DNA from: Chlamydiales bacterium
GTDB taxonomy: Bacteria > Chlamydiota > Chlamydiia > Chlamydiales > JBDQID01
DNA: 39,369 nucleotides
Assembly: GCA_047611865.1 (NCBI GenBank)
Contig: JBLFWS010000008.1
Coordinates: 1 to 39,369, forward strand
Reading direction: 5' to 3'
Shown: piece after piece, positions 35,116 through 39,369 of the stretch
Numbering within the stretch: the stretch's first letter is position 1
Layout of the letters: the number at the start of each line of letters is the position of its first letter
Made by a program: the position numbers and the translations under genes
The notes under the pieces: model-generated
What the model saw: only the letters and a program-made list of their open reading frames with translations
What the model was told of the DNA's origin: nothing
Databases searched by the model: none

Positions 35116-36279
35116 TCATCCCTTCAGAAATTTTTCCTTTTCTTCAAAGTCAAATTCAAGAAGACGGCATTCTATTCCGCCATTTTTCATGACGTGTCTT
35201 CTTGTGGGTTTAAGCAAGAGGCCCTTTGAAAGATTAAGATTTCCAGTTAAAACGAAGGCCTTACCCGGACGCTTGGCAATACCACGCATTACAAAGCCAA
35301 GCTCTCTATACAGAGGACGCAGCTGTTCTTCTTCCCCTAGTCTTTTACCATAGGGAAGGTTACAGACGATAAAGTCTGGAGAAACTGGAGGCTTATACTC
35401 GCAGAAATCCCCTTTATCAATTCTCACAAACTGATAAAACCCAGTGGCTCGAAGGTGTATTTTTGTCGCCTGAACAGCTGTAGCGTTGATATCAAGACCA
35501 AAGAACTTGCCTTTACCAAGGGGGCGCTTTTTTGAATCGATTTCTTCCTTCACTCTCAACCATTCTTCTTGAGAATACGAGGGAAGTCTCATAAAACCCC
35601 ACTTCTTCCTGAGAAAACCCGGAGCTGTGTTGCTGGCGATCATGGCAGCTTCTATAAGAAAAGTTCCTGATCCACAGCATGGGTCATAAAGAATTTGCTC
35701 TCCTGTATAACCCGCTATAAGAAGAATGGCCGCTGCCAAAGTCTCCTGCATTGTAGCCTCTACCTGTTCGGTGCGATATCCCCTTTTGAACAAAGGACCG
35801 CCCGAGCTGTCGAGGCTGATAGTGGCACGTGACTTATCGATGAAAAGGTTAAAGCGCACATCGGCATTTTTCAAATCAACGTTGGGACGCTCATCTGTCT
35901 TTTCCCGAAAGTAATCACATATCGCATCTTTTACTACCTGTGTAGCATAGAGACTATTGCGTAATTTTCTGTGATTGACATTTGCGTCTATGGCAAAGCT
36001 ATCCGAAACAGACATATAGTCAGACCATTCAATCTGCCGTGCCATTTTGTAGAGAGCTTCCTGATCTTCGCAATGAAATTTCTTGATCGGCCATAATACT
36101 CTGGAAGCAATACGGGAGCAGTAATTGATACGGTAAACCGCATCCATAGTCGCGGGGATGTAAACGCCCCGAAATCCGGGTGATATCTCATCAAAGCCCA
36201 ACCCTTCGAGCTCCTGCGTCAAAGCAGTCTCAAGAGTGTCGGCACAAATAATAAAGAGTTCTGGGCTTTTTTCGTTCAT
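35116..36279 (-). CDS. rlmL: THUMP-domain rRNA guanine-N2 methyltransferase (RlmL-like, stand-alone)
   Basis: SRIASRVL, LDSSG..LFKRGYR, ETLAAA, DPCCGSGTFLIEAA and NLPYG motifs. Confidence 0.85.
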   Translation of the reverse strand: MNEKSPELFIICADTLETALTQELEGLGFDEISPGFRGVYIPATMDAVYRINYCSRIASRVLWPIKKFHCEDQEALYKMARQIEWSDYMSVSDSFAIDANVNHRKLRNSLYATQVVKDAICDYFREKTDERPNVDLKNADVRFNLFIDKSRATISLDSSGGPLFKRGYRTEQVEATMQETLAAAILLIAGYTGEQILYDPCCGSGTFLIEAAMIASNTAPGFLRKKWGFMRLPSYSQEEWLRVKEEIDSKKRPLGKGKFFGLDINATAVQATKIHLRATGFYQFVRIDKGDFCEYKPPVSPDFIVCNLPYGKRLGEEEQLRPLYRELGFVMRGIAKRPGKAFVLTGNLNLSKGLLLKPTRRHVMKNGGIECRLLEFDFEEKEKFLKG

Positions 36280-36291
36280 GGGATAATATCC

Positions 36292-37386
36292 TTAGTTATG
36301 GAAGAAAAGGATCACATCGCCATCCTTAACGGTATAATCTCGGCCTTCAGCGCGTGCCTTTCCTTGTTCTTTCGCCCCCACTCTTCCCTTGTACTCAACC
36401 ATGTCATCAAACGACACTACTTCAGCGCGAATAAAGCCCTTTTGGATATCCGTATGGATTTTTCCGGCTGCTTCAGCGGCTGGAGTACCTTCTCTGATCG
36501 TCCAGGCTCTGGTTTCGATCTCTCCAGTAGTTAGATAGGTAATGAGTCCTAGCATAGAAAAGGATTCTTTGATCAAGCGATTAAGCCCAGGTTGCTCTAA
36601 TCCTAAGCTTTCGAGAAAATCTTTTTGCTCTTCATCATCGAGTTGGGCAATCTCTTGTTCTAGCTGTGCACAGATCGCCACAACAAGACTTCCTTCTTTA
36701 TCTGCGTATTCGCGAACTTTTTGAACATATTCGTTGTTCATTTCAGGAAGTGAATTCTCATCCACATTTGCAACATAAAGAACTTTTTTTCCTGAAAGAA
36801 ACTGATAGGGCTTTGTTAGCTCTTTTTCTTCTAAAGTAAGAGGAAAGGAGCTTACAGGCTGACTATTATCAAGGTGGCTTTTAATTCGATTCATCACCTC
36901 GATAACTTCGAGAAGTTCTTTGTTACCACGGGCTTGCTTTTCCAGCTTTAGCAGTGTGTTATCCATCATCTGCAAGTCGGCAAGTATGAGTTCTAGCTTA
37001 ATGATTTCAATATCTGAAATAGGGTCTACTCTACCAGCCACGTGGACGACATCGTCATCATCAAAACAGCGAACTACATGGACAATGGCATCGGTTTCGC
37101 GAATATTTGAAAGGAATTTATTACCAAGTCCTTCTCCTTTAGAAGCTCCTTCAACAAGGCCAGCAATATCGAGAAACTCCGTTGTCGCGTAAAGGATCTT
37201 TCCGCTCTTGGAAATTTCGGAAAGGATTCCGAGTCGTGCATCGGGGACTTCAACAACGCCAACATTTGGATCGATGGTACAGAAAGGGTAATTGGAAGCT
37301 TCCGCTTGATTACTTGTCAAAGCGTTAAAAAGAGTAGATTTCCCTACGTTTGGTAATCCGACTATGCCACATGAAAGACCGGCCAT
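36292..37386 (-). CDS. ychF: Redox-regulated ATPase YchF
   Basis: [44 protein letters not shown] and [13 protein letters not shown] motifs. Confidence 0.98.
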   Translation of the reverse strand: MAGLSCGIVGLPNVGKSTLFNALTSNQAEASNYPFCTIDPNVGVVEVPDARLGILSEISKSGKILYATTEFLDIAGLVEGASKGEGLGNKFLSNIRETDAIVHVVRCFDDDDVVHVAGRVDPISDIEIIKLELILADLQMMDNTLLKLEKQARGNKELLEVIEVMNRIKSHLDNSQPVSSFPLTLEEKELTKPYQFLSGKKVLYVANVDENSLPEMNNEYVQKVREYADKEGSLVVAICAQLEQEIAQLDDEEQKDFLESLGLEQPGLNRLIKESFSMLGLITYLTTGEIETRAWTIREGTPAAEAAGKIHTDIQKGFIRAEVVSFDDMVEYKGRVGAKEQGKARAEGRDYTVKDGDVILFFHN

Positions 37387-37686
37387 TGATTTCTCCTGAA
37401 CTATTTTGTTTTCGCAAAAATTATAACAGTTTTCTCCTTTTACATCGAGAAGGATTATCCCTACTTAACTCTCCGTAATATGGCTATAAGCACTAAGTAA
37501 TTCTTTATTTCAATAAACGTTTGCGACTTTTACACTTTTCTCTTGTTCACTACCCTGTCTTTCTTTATTATTTCTTCATGCCCAGAGATCTTTTGTGTTT
37601 TCATATATAAAGATTTTATTTGCATAAGCCAAACTAACTAATAACTAAGCGCTACTTATATATATAAAAAGCACTAGTAGTTTCCC

Positions 37687-37715
37687 TTGACAATTTGCAA
37701 ATTATTACTTATAGT
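37687..37715 (+). promoter_or_regulatory. Sigma66/sigma70-type promoter of the sctU-sctV operon
   Basis: TTGACA-17 nt-TATAGT, ending 42 nt upstream of the sctU ATG. Confidence 0.75.
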
Positions 37716-37757
37716 TTAGTAAGGGTGAGACTCTAGTAAAGGGCGAGGTATATTCTC

Positions 37758-38855
37758 ATGGGCGAGAAGACCGAGAAGGCAACCCCCAAAAAACTTGCAG
37801 ATGCACGAAAAAAGGGCCAGGTAGCGAAATCCCAGGATTTCCCTTCTGCGTTTACCTTTATCGTTTCTATATCAGCCACAATGGCTTACGCTCCTACTTT
37901 GCTCCAAAAATTCAGCGACATGATCACTGGTATTTACACAGGAATCCCCAAAGTTGTGTTTCAGGAGGTAGGGGTCTCCATTCTCCGCGAAGCCATGGAA
38001 ACAATCCTAATATGCAGCTTACCAATACTTTGCATCACTGCCTTTGTAGGTGTTCTTATTAATTTTCTCTCTGTTGGCCCCGTTTTAACTTTTGAAGTAT
38101 TTAAGCCCGACATCAAAAAGTTCGATCCTATCAAGAATCTCAAGAACAAATTTAAAATGAAAACTTTGGTCGAACTAATAAAATCCTTACTCAAAATTTC
38201 TATCGCTGGCTACCTCATTTACACTGTGATGTGGGATGCCATTGGTCCGATTATTGGCACTGTACGACTCCCCATCACTGCAACGATTGGCGTTTTTGCC
38301 GACTTCTTAAAGGAAGTTCTCTTTAAAGTAGGCCTATTCTTTTTCGTTGTTGCTGTATTTGACTTTTCTTACCAAAAGTACAATTTCGCGAAAGAAATGA
38401 AAATGGAGAAGCACGAGATCAAGCAAGAACATAAGAACTCTGAGGGAGACCCTCAGATTAAGGGACAAAGGAAGCAAATAGCTCGTGAGATTGCTTACTC
38501 AGCCGGACCAGAAGAGCGTGTCAGCATGGCTAAGGCCATAGTAACCAACCCGGTACACCTTGCCATTGCTATTGGCTATGAAGAAAACTCCGACCCCGCA
38601 CCACATATTCTTGCTATGGGGTCAGGTAGCGATGCACAACTTATCGTCAGGGAAGCAGAAAAACATGAAATACCTATTCTGCGCAATATTTCCTTGGCCC
38701 ACCAACTTTACGATGAAGGAGAAATCCTTTCCTACGTTCCTAAGGAGACCTATGAAGCTATTGCAGAAATCCTTAAATGGATTGCCTCTTTGGAAGAAGC
38801 AGAGCCCGGAGATGAATTGGAGCTGTATAACACTGAAACGGAGTATGATGTATGA
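37758..38855 (+). CDS. sctU: Type III secretion export apparatus switch protein SctU (CdsU/YscU)
   Basis: [28 protein letters not shown] and the autocleavage loop TNPVHLAIA; followed by sctV. Confidence 0.95.
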   Translation: MGEKTEKATPKKLADARKKGQVAKSQDFPSAFTFIVSISATMAYAPTLLQKFSDMITGIYTGIPKVVFQEVGVSILREAMETILICSLPILCITAFVGVLINFLSVGPVLTFEVFKPDIKKFDPIKNLKNKFKMKTLVELIKSLLKISIAGYLIYTVMWDAIGPIIGTVRLPITATIGVFADFLKEVLFKVGLFFFVVAVFDFSYQKYNFAKEMKMEKHEIKQEHKNSEGDPQIKGQRKQIAREIAYSAGPEERVSMAKAIVTNPVHLAIAIGYEENSDPAPHILAMGSGSDAQLIVREAEKHEIPILRNISLAHQLYDEGEILSYVPKETYEAIAEILKWIASLEEAEPGDELELYNTETEYDV

Positions 38856-39369
38856 TATTTGAAGTCCTAGATGGAATCGCTGCAAGACTTGGTGGGGCAG
38901 CTGCTGTACACCGCATGAACAAGTCTAGTGATATAGCTCTTGCAGCGCTCATCGTCGGCATTTTAGGCATGATGATCGTTCCTATGCCACTACCCCTAAT
39001 AGACTTACTTATCGCCCTCAACATGACTATATCAGTTCTTCTGTTGATGGTTGCGCTATACATTCCCAATGCCGTACAACTTTCCATCTTTCCATCACTT
39101 TTGTTGATTACGACACTATTCCGGCTTGGATTAAATATCTCTACGACACGAATGATTTTACTTAAGGCCGATGCCGGTGAAATTATCTTCACATTTGGTG
39201 ACTTCGTGGTCCAAGGGAACTTTGTTGTCGGGGCGGTGATATTCCTTATCATCACCTTGGTGCAGTTCCTCGTTATTACGAAGGGTGCCGAGCGTGTAGC
39301 TGAAGTCGCTGCCCGTTTTACTTTGGACGCCATGCCTGGTAAGCAAATGAGTATTGATGCCGACCTCCG
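38852..39369 (+). CDS. sctV: Type III secretion export gate SctV (CdsV/LcrD), truncated by the window end
   Basis: Not in the supplied ORF track. ATG at 38852 overlaps the sctU stop (ATGA) and translates [15 protein letters not shown]...[21 protein letters not shown]...[29 protein letters not shown]. Confidence 0.96.
   Translation, partial: MIFEVLDGIAARLGGAAAVHRMNKSSDIALAALIVGILGMMIVPMPLPLIDLLIALNMTISVLLLMVALYIPNAVQLSIFPSLLLITTLFRLGLNISTTRMILLKADAGEIIFTFGDFVVQGNFVVGAVIFLIITLVQFLVITKGAERVAEVAARFTLDAMPGKQMSIDADL

Noticed and set aside
34853..35353. 166-aa plus-strand ORF and other short antisense ORFs in the track
   Set aside because: They lie opposite well-supported genes and have no recognisable motifs.
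38773..39333. 186-aa minus-strand ORF
   Set aside because: It is the antisense shadow of sctV, which is clearly encoded on the plus strand.

Overview
This is a core-genome segment of an environmental Chlamydiota bacterium. The assignment rests on the chlamydial gene orders rpsA-nusA-infB-rbfA-truB-ribF...ychF-sctU-sctV and accC-accB-efp-rpe, a chlamydial-type IF2 N-terminus, a Pkn1-like kinase-FGE protein and type III secretion export genes. Housekeeping genes (proS, surE, queG, queD, LOG family, a short aspartokinase, rlmL-like, tRNA-Val, tRNA-Asp) are interleaved with accessory material. (1) At the left end is a protein with a 124-aa tandem duplication and a caspase-like His/Cys domain, followed by an operon of a MoxR AAA+ ATPase, a TraB/Tiki-like protein with a degenerate vWA-like region, and a NUDIX hydrolase. 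This is the best candidate for an undescribed system. (2) An Hsp20-like reading frame is split by one in-frame TAA. (3) A pseudokinase is fused to an FGE domain. (4) An insertion between ribF and ychF carries an Inc-like protein, an F-box-like protein, a triple-nested inverted-repeat element with a candidate target-site duplication, and a BNR/sialidase-like gene. All calls come from reading motifs by eye; no searches were run.
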